DNA of 64,000 nucleotides from Octopus vulgaris (GCA_951406725.2 OX597814.1:49290001-49354000), one strand, 5' to 3'; counted from the stretch's first letter, positions 14,249-29,678 are shown. The notes: a model not told the origin generated them from the letters alone. Numbers and translations are program-made.

Positions 14249-17200
14249 AATTATTGTATACTGTGCTCAGGTGCACCACAACTTGTCAGAAAGTGCGTAT
14301 AAAGTATATGCAGTAATGTACAAATGTCTGGAAAGCGAACAATGTATGAGTCAGATACATGCTTGTGTGTGTATGGAGGGGAGAAAATCAGGTGTAGTGT
14401 TGGCGAATCTCAGAAAGCATGGAAGTTTTGAAGGATGCAGTGCTCCGACAACTAACAACTGATGCCGGCAGTTTGTTCCATGCTTCAGCAACTCTCAGCG
14501 TGAAAAAGTTAGGCCAACCAGAAACATCAAATATCTTGGCAAAGTCAGTGTAATCTGGTGATTTATTTGAAGCAATGTCATTTCAGTATACAAATTGAAG
14601 AGGAATAAAAGCCACTTAATGATGTAAAGTTGAAGAAAAATTAATTATTCTACACTTCAGCTTTAATGATACCTAATCTTATCCTGAAAAATTAAAATAC
14701 AGCTGGGCAGTAATGCAACACTAAAAAACATATGCACATCAATAGGCGCAGGAGTGGCTGTGTGGTAAGTAGCTTTCTTACCAACCACATGGTTCTGGGT
14801 TCAGTCCCACTGCGTGGCATCTTGGGCAAGTGTCTTCTGCTATAGCCTCGACCAAAGCCTTGTGAGTGGATTTGGTAGACGGAAACTGAAAGAAGCCTGT
14901 CGTATATATGTATATATATATATGTGTGTCTGTGTTTGTTCCCCTAGCGTTGCTTGACAACCGATGCTGGTGTGTTTACGTCCCCGTCACTTAGCGGTTC
15001 GGCAAAAAGAGACTGACAGAATAAGTACTGGGCTTACAAAGAATAAGTCCCGGGGTTGATTTGCTCGACTAAAGGCGGTGCTCCAGCACGGCCGCAGTCA
15101 AATGACTGAAACAATTAAAAGAGTAAAAGAGTAAGAGTAATTGCCAACACTTCATTGCATTTGAATATCACAGCCCACATATTCATGCTGTGCATCTATG
15201 TACACCATAACAGTTTTGGTATTATTTACAGCATACTGTTCATTTCAAATTTTTTAGCTTAAGATAAGGGTTTGTTAAAACCAGAATATTGAAAATTTGT
15301 TTTCTACAGCTTTACATGTTTTAGTAATTTCCTGTTTAAATACCTTTAAAGATGGAAGCAATGTTCACACAATCAGTATGTCACTTAAACAATATATTTT
15401 CAAATTCTGAATCCATTTTTCTTAATAGTTTGGTTTTGAAGAAGAGGTTGTGTCCATGGCTTTTTCAGCCCATGTTTTCTTTACAGATAATCCAGTAACA
15501 GAAGTTCAAGCTGAACATCAATTACATCAATTTATCCTGTCAGATAGGGCCTACACAGTCTCTGTTCCTTGCATTATGTAATTGTTGTGTGGACGCCCCC
15601 AGACAATGAAGTAGGCTACATAGATATAGAAGGAGAAGTCTAGACATCAGACTAGTAGCAGAGTAACAGTCGAAGTAGAGAGTCGAGTTGAGTAGAAGGC
15701 ATCCGAACGTGCGACATAACAGTGGCGATGAGGATTTCGTAGCTCATGCAGCCACTGTGTAGTATTGCGATATAACAGTGGTGATGAGGATTTCGTAGTT
15801 CACTCAGCCACTGTGTAGTATTGCGACATAACAATAATGCAGTTGTGTGTATATTTCTTTAATAACAATATAATTGTCTTCTACACATTAATTTTGTTTA
15901 TTTTCAGTGTCCAAAGACTTGTGGCATTAGTTGGAAAAAGAGAGCTGTGCAATGCCATACAGTAAACCATATATTAGTACAAGATGAACTGTGTCCTGTT
16001 CACCAGAAACCAGTTACCATGCAACAGTGTAGAATAACAGAGTGTCGAGCACCAACTACAATTCCCCCTAGAAGCAGCATTAAACAAGAATCTACATTAA
16101 AGTGGAGATTTGGTAGTTGGACAGAGGTAATCTATATTCATTTATTCCCATTTGCAAAATGGTAGTCATTTTTAGAACATGAAATAAGTATCACATCAGA
16201 GACATATTTCCTGCTCACTGATATTGATGAAATGATGTATCTGATTAGGCCTCTGTTTATGGTAGCCACCCAATGCGGAAACCACTGTGAAGTTACTCAA
16301 CCTGCAAGAAATAGCACCCAAATCTCATTCATAACATACCCTGGCAACTTAAAAGAAGATATTGTATTCTTAGACATTAAGGTGGTGAGCTGGCAGAAAC
16401 GTTAGCACACCGGGCGAAATGCATAGCCATATTTCGTCTGCCGTTACGTTCTGAGTTCAAATTCCACCGAGGTCAACTTTGCCTTTCATCCTTTCGGGGT
16501 CGATAAATTAAGTACCAGTTACGCACTGGGGTCGATGTAATCAACTTAATCCGTTTGTCTGTCCTTGTTTGTTCTCTCTTTGTATTCTTAGACATACAAT
16601 GCCTGCTTGGAGCAAACAGTATAACTTTCATTTTTTGCTTTTTCCATTTGTCTCAGACCATTTAACAATAAATTAATAAAGGATATTTAATATTGAATAA
16701 AGATTCTTTAACTGTGTTATATTAAAATAATCATATCCTGGTTGTCTGTGTGCATTTAAATTTGTGCAAACATACTTGTTTGAAAATGTATTTATAAGTT
16801 TTGTTTCTGAGGTTAAATAACTAAACCTGTAAATTTCAGTGTTCTGCCCAGTGTGGTGCTGAAGGTGATCGACAAAGATATGTCAGTTGTACTGATGATC
16901 AAGGAAACACCAGAGAAGATGCTGAGTGTGGCCATCTCACAAAACCTACCACAGTTGAAAGATGTTTATCTAAACCTTGTGGTCAATGGCAAACTGGACA
17001 GTGGGGAAAGGTTTGTTGAGATATTTTGATCATCTTTTCTATTTTGCAATTTCTCATATGATGTGTTAAAATTGGTCGTAAATTGAAATTAAGTTAAATA
17101 ACTGTACAGACTAAGTAGATGAAAATGGTATCTTGAAATGGGAATTTTTTTTACAATATAAGGTTAAAGCGATCTGTTGATCAAATGTATCAAATATTCA

Positions 17201-20200
17201 AAATTGCAATACAGTGGTGTTGCACATTCATTACTTAACCCTTTTGTTACCAACCTGGCTGAAACCGGCTCTGGCTCTGTTGTACAAATCTCTTGCTTTC
17301 ATAAGTTTTGAATTAAAATCTTCCACCAAACTTTAGTCACAATTTATGTTCCGAAAACTAGCTTCATGATAACCAAGTTATTTTATTAAATTCTTTATTA
17401 TATTTTAAGTAATTGGAAGAAGCACAGAGCATCTCACAATACATACAGTAACGAAAGGGTTAATACAGGATTTAGTAATTTAAAAACAAAGAAAAACAAA
17501 CTCTAAAATAAAATAACCTGAACAATATGTAGTGGATGTGTGTGTACGTAAATAAATACATAAACTGTTTCATGATTAAAAAGGGGTTTATTTACATGGG
17601 TTATAAGTACACTACATACAAATGTAAGCAAATGCTACGAATTGCTTGTATAGAACACATATTAAAGATGAATATGTTTGTGTGTGTGCGTGAATCATTC
17701 GGAACAGTAGCCGATAGATACTGTAGGCATTTTTCTGTCGTTTCCAAAACGCGGGGCGAGATAGATCTGTCTGCTGGTGTGTCAGCTGCGATTGTCTTTT
17801 CTTTCTCTGTTTGTCCCTTGTATTTATAATATTTGAAACAGCTAGAAAGATAGACATACTACAACCGAGTTACTACTTAAGTAGGTCAGCGCTTGTCCAG
17901 TTGAACTTCGCCTGACATGGCTGAGGTCGCAGGTCAAAGGGAGATGATCAATCACTTTTTGACAGAACAAAGAGATCCTTAAATTTCGCGCCTATACATG
18001 CATTGGTTTTTGACAACCGATGATTCTTGGATTCAGTTTCGAATCTAGGCTTAGTGTGTGTTTGTAAATAAATACATAAACTGTTTCATGATTAAAAAGG
18101 GATTTATTTACATAGGTTATAAGTACACTACATACAAATGTAAGCAAATCCCTTTTTAATCATGAAACAGTTTATGTATTTATTTACGTACACACACATC
18201 CACTACAAATACATAAGCAGGAAATGCAATAAAATAGCTAAGATAAACTTATATAATCTATTTGGCAGATTCATTAAAACTCTCTTGGCTCTGGTATCAA
18301 ATCTACCTTTTATCCTTTCTCAGCCAATAAAAGGTACCAATCTAGAGCAATGGATTGATGAAACTATTAAGAATATCAGACAGACATCTTATAGTATATC
18401 TTTTGGTTCTTTACATTCTGTGTTCAAGTCCTACCATGGCCTACATGGGTGATAGATTAATGCATCCACTGGTTCAATACCACCACCTAGCCCTTTGAAT
18501 GCTTTTAGCAGAGTTAATTCTATTGCAAACGTTCAGGCCAGGATTCCAGTTTGAGGTTACTTTCCTCCCTCCTACCCATTTTACTGGCCCTGTAAAGGAT
18601 TATGGGCACTGCTTTCTCTCTGGATAATGTATAGCATAGTATTGTACAATATAATATGTGTGTGAGGGGAAGAGGATGTAGAGGAGAAAGAACGAGTGAC
18701 TACAAATAAATACAATGCCATATTGAAAAATTTCCATCTAAGATGTTAGTTTGAAATGGCTTGGTGGATGAGGTTTGGAAAACCAATTTTGGAAGATTCA
18801 AATGAACTGCACTTTTTTCTTTTTCATTTTTTATTGCATCTCTAGGTAATTGTAACTACCTTAATTTATATAACAAGAGGTTATACTAGTGTCTTACTTC
18901 TAGGAATGTAAGCAGTATCCAATCCAAGGAGATTAATCTCTTACTAAATATGGAACTTCAGTTAAGTTATGACTTGACATATTCCTGCAGTTGTATTTTA
19001 TTATTATTAAATCAAAATAGGTTATTCCAAATTTATTTGGTTGTTGCACTCTCAAATTCTATCATTTAACATATTTTCTGTTTATGATTTTTTTATATAA
19101 TAGTTATTCTTGTCATTGAAACACAATACATGACATTGTACTACTTCTATCTTCCAGTGTACTGTTAGCTGTGGAGAAGGTGTACAAACTCGTATAGTTG
19201 CTTGTATACATCTTGATCATCAAGTTGAGGAATTTAAATGTTTCAAAAACTGGAAACCAGTTGCAGTTCAAGCATGCCGACAACGGGAGTGTGAACTTCC
19301 ATCAAGTGATTCTAGCAACTCATCTCATTGGAGAGTTGGCAAATGGAGTGGGGTTAGTATTGTTTCTATGATTCTCACAACTTGCTCCTTTTCAAAAGAG
19401 TCTTGTTTATATTACATGTAATGTTTTACCATTTGTCTTATGATTTAAAATAAACCTTAGTCAACTAAATAGTTTTGGTCCTAACTTTTGTTGTTCCCGG
19501 AATTTATAATTCCATCTATTGATCTGTGCTTCTAAGATACAATTTCCTAGAATCCATTTTCTTTGGTATCTTATCCGTCCATTGTCAACTCAATGCAAAG
19601 CTTTCGGTTTAATAGATGTCGGCATTATTTGAAAAATATAGTTCAAGGGAAGTAACTCTGATTTCCCTGGATTAGCTGCTTGTATAGGTGCAAACTATAG
19701 ACTTTGTAACATTGCGAAATCGAGTAGCTTTTTCTATTTATTTATATTGCTAATGCCCAAAGGAAAATACTTAAATGCTGCAACTCCAGATGTAAATGAA
19801 ATCATTTATGTATGAATACATACGATCGCAAAAGATAAATGACCAAGGCTTCCAAGAGAAATGGCATAACAAGACTACTTTTTGGTTTCAGAGAAGATGG
19901 GTGTGTGCGGGTGGGGGGAATCATCTCAAAATCCAAGGCTCTTCTTAGACTCTCTGGACAATGGACCATTGTACAGGCTAACACTCCCTTTTTCTATACT
20001 ATTTATAAGCCTTGCAAATGACTATTGCTTTTGTGTTCAGGATTAGTATTTGCCATTCTTTTATTCTTAACTGGTAGGAGCATTAACTGACTTTAGATAC
20101 ATTTTGAGAAGCCAGTTCTCTGGTGCCTAGAAAACTGCCTTACCGTATTTGTTCTTTACATTCATTGTTCAAGTCTCACTGCAGTTAACTTGGTTTTTCA

Positions 20201-22931
20201 TCTCTCTGGGGTTGTTAAAATAATAAAAGTACTGTATGTGAAGGCTCTCTCTCTCCCGCTCTCTCTTTTTTCTCTCCACCTATCCATCCATTAACTCTAC
20301 ATCTGTATGCTTTCAAATTTCTATTTTAGTGCTCCAGTACCTGTGGTTCAGGTTGGCAGCGTAGAAGAGTTGCCTGTAACTTTGAAGACCAAAGCCGTTG
20401 TAATATTTTACGGAGACCCATTGAGAGGAAACCTTGCAACAGTGGCTATTGTCCTGGATGGACATATGGAGACTGGAATGAGGTAACTTTTTTACGGTTT
20501 TATATTTCTAACAGCTTTGCTCGTATTGTCCTATTTATAGTGAGGATAGTGGTAAGAAGTTCACTTCACAATTATGAGGTTTCAGGTTCAGTCCCATTCC
20601 ATGGCACCTTGAGGAAGTGTATTCCACTGCAACACTGGGGCTACCAGTACCTTGTTCTTGTTTGTGAATTTGATAGAGAGAAACTATGTGAATAGCCAGT
20701 GTGTGTGTGTGTGTGTGTGTGTGTCTTCTCCCATCCATCCCACTTGACAATCAGTATCAGTTGGTTTGTATACCTGTAATTTTGTAGTTTCACAAGACAA
20801 ACCAATAGAATAAATACCAGACTTACAAAACTAATTACTGGAGCCAATTTTTCAATGAAGCCTTTTCAAAGTGGTGCTCCAGCACAGCTACAAGCCAGTC
20901 ACTGAAACAGATGAAAGAATAAAAGACATTGTACAGAAGGTCATCCGACGTGGCCGTTGCCGATGCCACCTTGACTGTCTTCTGTGCCGGTGGCACGTAA
21001 AAAGCACCAATCGATCATGTCCGCTGCCAGCCTCCCCTGGCACCTGTGACGGTGGCACATAAAAAGCACCCACTACACACACAGAGTGGTTGGCATTAGG
21101 AAGGGCATCCAGCTATAGAAACACTATCTGATCAGACTGGAGCCTGGTGCAGCCTCTTGGCTTCCCAGACCCCAGTCAAACCGTTCAACCCGTGCTAGCA
21201 CGGAAAACGGACATTAAACAATGATGATGATGATGAAAATTTCTTCAGTGAGTTCAATTCACTATATTATTTGTACTTATTTTATCAGTAAAATGATGAA
21301 TGACAAATCCAACTGTGGTAAGCTTTTTAACTTTAACTCAAGAGGACAAAAACTAAATACCAAAAAATTATTTAAATGAATAGTCTTCTCTGTTGATCAT
21401 TCTTACTTATCTTGTTTTAGTGAATATTGATTTTGTTTGTACTTTACACAAGATTCAAGTTGATAGGTGACAGAAAATAAGGAATCATTAGGTGAAAGTG
21501 AAGTTACGTAACATTTACAAGAAATTGAAACCAGACCTCTACTTTTATTCATTGGAAATGTATCTCTTATTCTACATTATTCATTATAATTTTATTTATA
21601 AAATTGCACAAGATTAATTACAAAGTTCAAGAAGCAGGGTTAATTAGAAGAAAACTACTATATAACATAACTAGCTCTTTCTTTCATAAAAAGAACTGAA
21701 TGGAATTAATAATAAAGAGTATTTTGTTATATTTTATATTTTCTTTTAAATGTTTCTAACATGTATATGATTGGTATGCATATATGTACCTGTGTATAAG
21801 TATGTGTTTGAGAATCAATATGCATACATGTGACCCAGGTTTAATTCAATATAGATGACTGTATGTACCTGTATTATTGTCAGTATGTTTTACAAAAAAA
21901 ATTTGACCTAAGTAAACTTATTTCATACTCAAACTAAAGCAAAGTTTCTTCTGAATATTTTTTCTTTAAATTCTAGTGTCCAGTAACTTGTGATTCAAAT
22001 GCGTATCAGAAAAGAACAGTATTGTGTCAACTTCCAAATGGTCAAATGTTGCCAGACCCAAATTGTAACCTATACCAAAAACCTGCTGAAACAAGGCCCT
22101 GCCTTTCAACTTGCAATGAAGTATATGTATGGAATGTTGGAGCATGGGGTCCTGTGAGTAATCACAAATAAAAAAAAAAGAATTATATTTATTTTTCTAA
22201 ATTCTATTTTTGTTTTGCCATCACATCAGTTACTGTTCTTGAAAACAAATAGATCTGTTCACCTTTTGTTTTTGAATTTTTAACACTCAGTACAGAATTT
22301 CTCTCTCATAACTTTTTACTCACAACTTTAAGTGACTACAGTGTTCTGCAGAGACTGACTATAAACCTTGCTGCAATAACTTGGTGAAAATAACAACCAA
22401 ATCTCTCCAACTATATTACTGTTGCATAATATAGTCATGAAAACATTATATCTGAATAAGATGGGATAGTCATGGTCATTAATTATAAGTCTGCTCGATT
22501 AAATTTGTTTTGTGGGTAAACAACAGTTGATACAATACTTCTTGTATTTGTGGATTGTTGGTAGGGAGCAGACCTGTAAAAAATATTGTCTATGCTTATA
22601 TGAAAGTGTGACTGTAAGACAGCGCGATGTGGAAATAATAAGTATTGTTAATTAACAATAAATGCCTGGTGAAGCTAATTAGAGACACAGTTTCAATTCT
22701 TAACTGAAACATTTCTCTTTTATATTGTTACTAACACCCATTTCCTCTTCCTTGTAACTCTTCCTTTCATGCCTGCTGGAAATGGTACAGAAAATCTACA
22801 GTGTTTTGAGAAGCCAATATTGGCGAAACTTCAAATTCACCATTGATAATAAATATTATTTTGACTCTACAAGCAGTATTGAGTCCTTTATTCAGAGCAT
22901 GTTTAGTGTACTGAAGTACACAAACCTATAA

Positions 22932-22984
<53 letters not shown>

Positions 22985-23003
22985 GTATATATGTATGTAT
23001 ATA

Positions 23004-23058
<55 letters not shown>

Positions 23059-23074
23059 GTATTTATGTATGTAG

Positions 23075-23131
<57 letters not shown>

Positions 23132-26100
23132 TGTTTTGTGTTATACTTGTGTGTGTGTACATATATTAGTTTCAAATTTTAGCACAATGCTAGCAATTTC
23201 AAAGGAGTGGGTAAGTCAATTACATCAAGCCTAGAGCTCAACTGGTGCTTATTTTGTCAACCCTGAAAGGATGAAAGGCAATGTCAACCTCGGCGGAATT
23301 TGTGCTCAGAACGTAAAGACAGACAAAATGCTGCTAAGCATTTCACCTGACATACTAAAAATTCTGCCAGCTCGCCACCTTTGTGTGTACATACATTATC
23401 TGCAGAGTACCATCATTAAACTGTACCCTGTTAAGCCAGGTTCAGAGAGTGACTGTCCTTATTGACTTTCATTACCATTTTTGGGAATCAGTATCATGTG
23501 GTCCAACAATCTTCATTGATTATTCAGTGATTAGGCATTTTTTTGCTTTGTATTTTATATCATGACTCCAAAAGAGATTAATTTAAAGAAGCGGGCAACC
23601 CCAGTTGTGAAGCAAAAGTTGGAACTATATAAAGAAGTTAGAGGCTGGTGCTTTTTTACATTTACACACAGAAATGTTGAATAATTTTATAGAATGTATA
23701 TCATTGTTTTATGTAGTTATATAATATATAAAATATTTTTGTAATTTTGTTACTGTGTGATATTCAGCATGCAATGCATCTATTTCTTATTTTGTATGCA
23801 TACACAATATTAAACTTTATCATTGGTTAACTCAAGTAATTAGCTAAAGCTGATACCCTTCCCTGCATTAGTATGTTTTAGTAAAGATGCACAGTGTATG
23901 TACGTGCATGCATGTGTGTGTGTGTGTGTGTGCGTATCAAGCTCAGTTCAATTATCTCCATTCTATTTCTATTGTTCAGATACTTGAATCCTTTCACCAG
24001 TCCTTTCCACCTGTCTCACTCTTAGATCTTCTGTGGCTTAAGTAGTCCAGTATAGAATTAAATATAGGCATAACTTACATTCAGATGTTTCATTGATCTT
24101 GGTAATTCTGGTGGTTCTCACCCCTTTCCCAGGATATTGATGCAGTTGGCTTGAAAGTTACTCATCCACCTTTGACAGACGTTTCTTAATCATGCAAAGA
24201 GCCCACATACCATCCTTACTGGGTTAATCCAGTAGGGGGCAAGCTTAGTAGTCTACCACTTATATATATAAAAGAACAAAACGTTTTTGATAGAATATTA
24301 GTCAGAAGTTACATTTATGTTTTGTTTTGCAAGATTCCTGATGTGAAACCATCTTGTTGAAACAGATATTGTTATATTTTGGGATGGTCATTTAAAAATT
24401 TTTTTTTTTTTTTTTGCCAAATAACCATACACCTTGTATACTCGTTCTTCACTTCAGCTTTAATATTGTTCATATTTTTGTGCTCTTTTTCTGAAATCTT
24501 TCATCACACATCTTGTGACCTCTTCAGTGTCTCTCCATCCTATGTGTCTCCTCCTGCCAGGTCAAGAGGAGACGTGAGGGCTGGAAAATCATCGAAGAGG
24601 TCACAGTATGTATGATGAAAGATTTCAGACAAAGAAAATAAGAACAACAATAAAGCTGAACTGAAGAATGAGTATATAATATATGTGTTTATTTGGCAAA
24701 AGAAAAGAAAAAATTACCATCCTAAGATATGACAATATTAGTCATAAGAAATGAAGGAATTATTCCTTAATTTAATTATATATTTACAGGTATAGAAAGT
24801 CTTCAAATTTTCCAAGGAAATCAAATGAAATGAAGTGAAAAAGAAACTTAAATATAATAGAATAAAATATTTAAATTATTGCATTTAAGAATTTGCCTAA
24901 CATTTAAGAATTCTTGTTTACATATCATCATCATCATCATCATCATCATCACCATTATCATTTAACATCCATTTTTCATGCTTGCATAGGTTGGATGATT
25001 CAACAGGAGCTGTGGGGTCACCAAGTAACTTGTAAGGCAGAGACCTCTCAGCTGAGAGAGGGAATGGAACTGAGGGAAGTGGCTATGAGCCAGGTGAGAA
25101 GTGAGAGTATAATAGAGGGAATACTCAGCTACTACAGTAGGACAGGGACAGACAGGAAGAGGAGAGAGAGTTAGAGAAAGAGAGAGAGAGAGAGACAGAA
25201 TGGGAGACAGGAAAATTGGTGTTGCAGATGTATTTAGGTTTATCTACAGGGAACAGTGGTGGGAGTATAAGTAGTATAAAGGGCGTAGAGAGGGATGTTG
25301 CATAAGAGTGTGAGGGGAGATGTTTAAAGATGGAGAAGACTTGGCTCTTTGAGTGATGGTGAGAGAGTAGGTGGGAGCGGGTGTATAGTAGATATGTAAG
25401 AGTATGGAGAGAGTGTGGATAGGCACATGAGGGAGAGTGGAAAGGCCTGCAGTGGGTGATAATCATGGATAGTGGGATGTGAGGGATGTTGGGAAGATGG
25501 CTTGTAGGGGTGTTTTGTCAGAGGACAGATTATTTGTGTGTGAGAGTAGAGGCATGGCTATAAAGGACATGCTTGTATGTATGGATGATCATGATTTTAC
25601 TTAGCTCAATGTGTCTTCTCAAGCACAGCAGATCACCAGAGATCTTAGTTCTTTGTCATCTCCTCTCTGAGGTTCAACATCTGAAGATCATTTCTCACCA
25701 CTTTGTTCCAAGTCTTCCTGGATCTACCCCTTCCACAGATTTCCTCCACAATTAGAGATTGGTACTACTTAATACAACTGTCCTCATCCATATGCATCAC
25801 ATGACCATGCCAGCACAGTCTTCTCTCTTGCACACATCTGATGCTCTTATAGTAAATTATTCTCTTAAATCATTTACACTGTCGTACATGCACACTGACA
25901 TTATCTATTCAGTGGAACATGTTGGCTACATTTCTTTCAGGCCTTTGCAAGTCCTTTGCAGTCACAGTCCATGTTTCACTGCCATGTAGCATAACTGTTC
26001 ATATGCAGGGATCATACAATCTGCCCTTCACTCTGAAGGAGATGTCCTTTGTTACCAACAGAGGTAGTAGCTCACTGAACTTTGCCCAGCCCATTCTAGC

Positions 26101-29100
26101 AACAACACTTTCAGAACATACTCCTTCACTGCTAGCTTAGTTACCTAAGTATCAGAAGCTATCTACTACTTCTAAGGATACCCCTGGACATTTGAGGAAG
26201 TTTATTTTCTGTACATTCTTAGTGTTTATTGTGCCTGCACATCTGCCATACACAGACTTCTTTGTACTTTCACCTTTTCTACATATTGAGCAGGACCATC
26301 TCCCTGAAGGGATTAGTAATTTGTCTGTTTTCCTACTTACTAGGACTTTGATCTTTGCTAAATTAACTTTTGCTGTGGCACAAGAATTCTCGTGTGCTCA
26401 ACAAATTCTTAAATGTAATGACATAAATATTTTATTTTATTATATTTCTGGTTTTTGTTTTCACTTTATTTAATTCCATTTCATTTCATTTCCATGGAAA
26501 ATTTGATGATTTTCTGTACCTTGTATTTTTATAAATAAACTTAGAAACAATTCTTTTATTTCTTCTGACTAACCTTGTTATTATTTCAATTATATGTATT
26601 CTACCAAGGTCGACTTCGCCTTTCATCCTTTCAGGGTTGATTAAATATAAGTTGCAGTTATGCACTGGCGTCAATGTAATTGAATTAATCCCTTCCCCCA
26701 AATTTGGTGCCTTGTGCTTTCAGTAGAAAGTATTATTACAATTATGTATAAATTAAGATGCACAACAAGTAACCAGTATTTAGAACTTCATGTGTATCTT
26801 TATTTGCTATAAGAGAAAACTGTGAAGAGAATTCATGTATTTTCATCAAACATTCCCTCTACTAGTTTCCATAGTTACAAAGATAATTGAGTATACAGAG
26901 AAAAAAATCAAGACTGGAGAATAGATCCTGAAATTATTTCCTTAAGTCATTCTTATATGTGTTTCAGTGAAGATTATAAGGCTGAATTGTACAATCATGG
27001 TCAGGTGTATTTCTTATATCTTTGCATTATTATAAGAGCTTATTTCAGAATGTGTTATTGTGAGTTGTCTTTTCTTCAAATAACAGAAAAAGTTACAAAG
27101 AATGTTTATTACAAGAGAAATTAAATGGCATGACTGAAGGTAGTGTAAAGAAATTTTAGGTTCAATTACTCTGGAATCAAACTAGACTAAACATAATTAT
27201 ATCTACACTGAGTTTCATTTGTATGTTGATGATAAATTCATAACAGTCTGACAGAGCAAATCTCACTGACTTAGATTTTCTGTCCATATATATATTATGC
27301 TAACATACATTTATAAGCATATACACTCTCACAAGTTATACAGACACTTATATAATACAAGTACAAAGAAATACATATACACATATATATTTATTAAGAT
27401 ATACACTCATAACCTACATAGATACACACATGCATGCATGCATACATACTCACATGTACACACATACACAAATGCATATACATACATATATCTTCTGCAT
27501 TCAATGCTCATGTTTGATTTCCATGTATTATATTATAGTGTACATGGAAGTGAAACATGGGTATTGAATGTGGAGAATGTGTGAAGGCTAGAATGAAATA
27601 TGAGATGAGCATGCTCTGCTTCAAGTGTAATGTTAGTTTGAATGATGGATGAAGCCAAAATGAGCTGAGAGAAAGAAGACTACACTGGTACAGACAAGTT
27701 GTATGCATGGGGAGATGACATTTGGGTAAAGAAATGCCAAGTGAACCAAGGATCCTGCAGCAGAAGAAGACTGAATAAAACATGAAAGCTGGGTTCAAAT
27801 TGCTGAACCTCGTGAAGACAACAAAGACCTACAACAAATGGTGAGATGCTGTGCTGGAAAAGACCTGTCCAACCTCTGGACACATAGAAAACTGGATGCA
27901 AAATGATGAGGATATATGCATGGGCATGTGTATGTATATATATGTGTATATATATCACAAATGCACAAGATATATTAAACTTTACGTTGTAAATATTTTT
28001 AGTGTCCGGCTAGTTGCGGTAAATCTCGCAAATACCGTAAAGTTCGATGCATCAATAAAGATAATATTGAAGTTGACTTATCAAAATGTCCTGGCAAACC
28101 ACTTCGATCCAGTAAACGGTGTCGAGTAAAGAAATGTCCTCACTGGTACAAAGGTCCTTGGAGGCCAGTAAGTATTTTATTTGCAATTAAAATAAATCCT
28201 TGACAGTTAATCATTTTGTTTTTGTTTTGTTTTTTTTGTTACAAAAAGAAATGGCATAAACTCCATTTTTTCTTCAGTACACACAAAGCATATTGACTGT
28301 GAGGTTAAGATGCTGTACTGCTAACCATTCAGAATAAATTCATATCTTACTGCTGCTGTTATGTTGTGACCTTGGGCAAAGCATATATTTCTGCTAAATC
28401 TTATTTGCTTGATGGACAAAATAAATTTAATTCGCTCTCTCTTAATCTAAGAATAGCCAGTCATAGAAAGAGATTCTGGCTGTTGAAATAATTACTCCAG
28501 TGAAAAAAACAATTCCATTCATTTTGATTGTACAAATGGATGTAAAACTGTAAGAGTATATGAATCAAAAGTTTATCAAAAGTTTTCTTAATATCAACAA
28601 ATAAATGGTTATATTCTTAAAAATCTCTTGTAAATAAGCTACACCCCTAATATTATTATTGCATATAAAGTTGTTTTTCTGAGATTGTTACACTATACTG
28701 TATATCATTAGTAGCTGACTATTGAGGTCTCTGATAATAGTAAAAGCAGTGTCAGAGTAAAACAAATAGAAATATATAACAAGTAGAAATGAAGAAACTA
28801 AAATATACTATTTGTAATTACAATGGCTGGTTGTTACTTTCTTCAATTCCTAGTGCTCTGTTGAATGTGGTAATGGTACAAGAACAAGAGAAGTTACTTG
28901 CAAACAATCTAAATATAAAACAATACCTGATGTATATTGTAACAAGAAAAAGAAACCTATAAGTGCGAAAAGTTGCTATCCAGCACCCTGTAAATATATA
29001 TGGAAAAAAGAGAGGTGGTCATTGGTAAGCAGGTTATATTTTTTAATTTCCTTTTTCTGAATTGGACACATAAAGGGACTTTGCATGCATACAGACACAC

Positions 29101-29622
29101 AGACTCACAAATAATATTAATTGGCATAGCTTTTTAAGCAGTTCAATTTAAAATATAAATTTGACATCCTTTTTAATGGTAATCAAATGTTATATCACTT
29201 ACTAAACTGGTAAGTTGTTATCTCATATTATACATTATCTCACCATTAAACTTCTCATCATTACACTATGAATTATCTCTATTAGTTATCTTATTCTACA
29301 AAAAAAAAATAAGACGCGTGACCGATAAATCAATATAATGCTGTGTTTCTTGAACTGTCAAACTCAACTTGTTAATTGTTTTATGATACTTGACCTCCCC
29401 TCACATGTCTATCTGCACATTCTCTATGCCCTCACTTATCTACCATCCTTACACCCCCCCATCCACTTCAATTTCTCTCACCATCACTTGTTACAGTCAT
29501 GTCTTCCCCATCTCAAGACATCTCTACTCACATTCGAATGGAACATCTCCCTCTATCCCCTCTGTACTATTTATACTACCCACCTCCTTGTAGGTAAACT
29601 TCAATACATCTCCAATACCATC

Positions 29623-29678
<56 letters not shown>

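Noticed and set aside
15710-15833. CRISPR-like repeat array
   Set aside because: Whole 56-bp units repeat with no unique spacers; eukaryotic context and no cas genes.
16890-16915. ctgatgatcaaggaaac hammerhead-like core
   Set aside because: Lies inside a coding exon (TDDQGN) with no supporting stems.
22903-23234. ORFs rich in YI/HT/CV/RE/SL dipeptides (also 2578, 5141, 29338, 29524, 51987, 53323)
   Set aside because: Translations of microsatellites; no splice context or domain signal.
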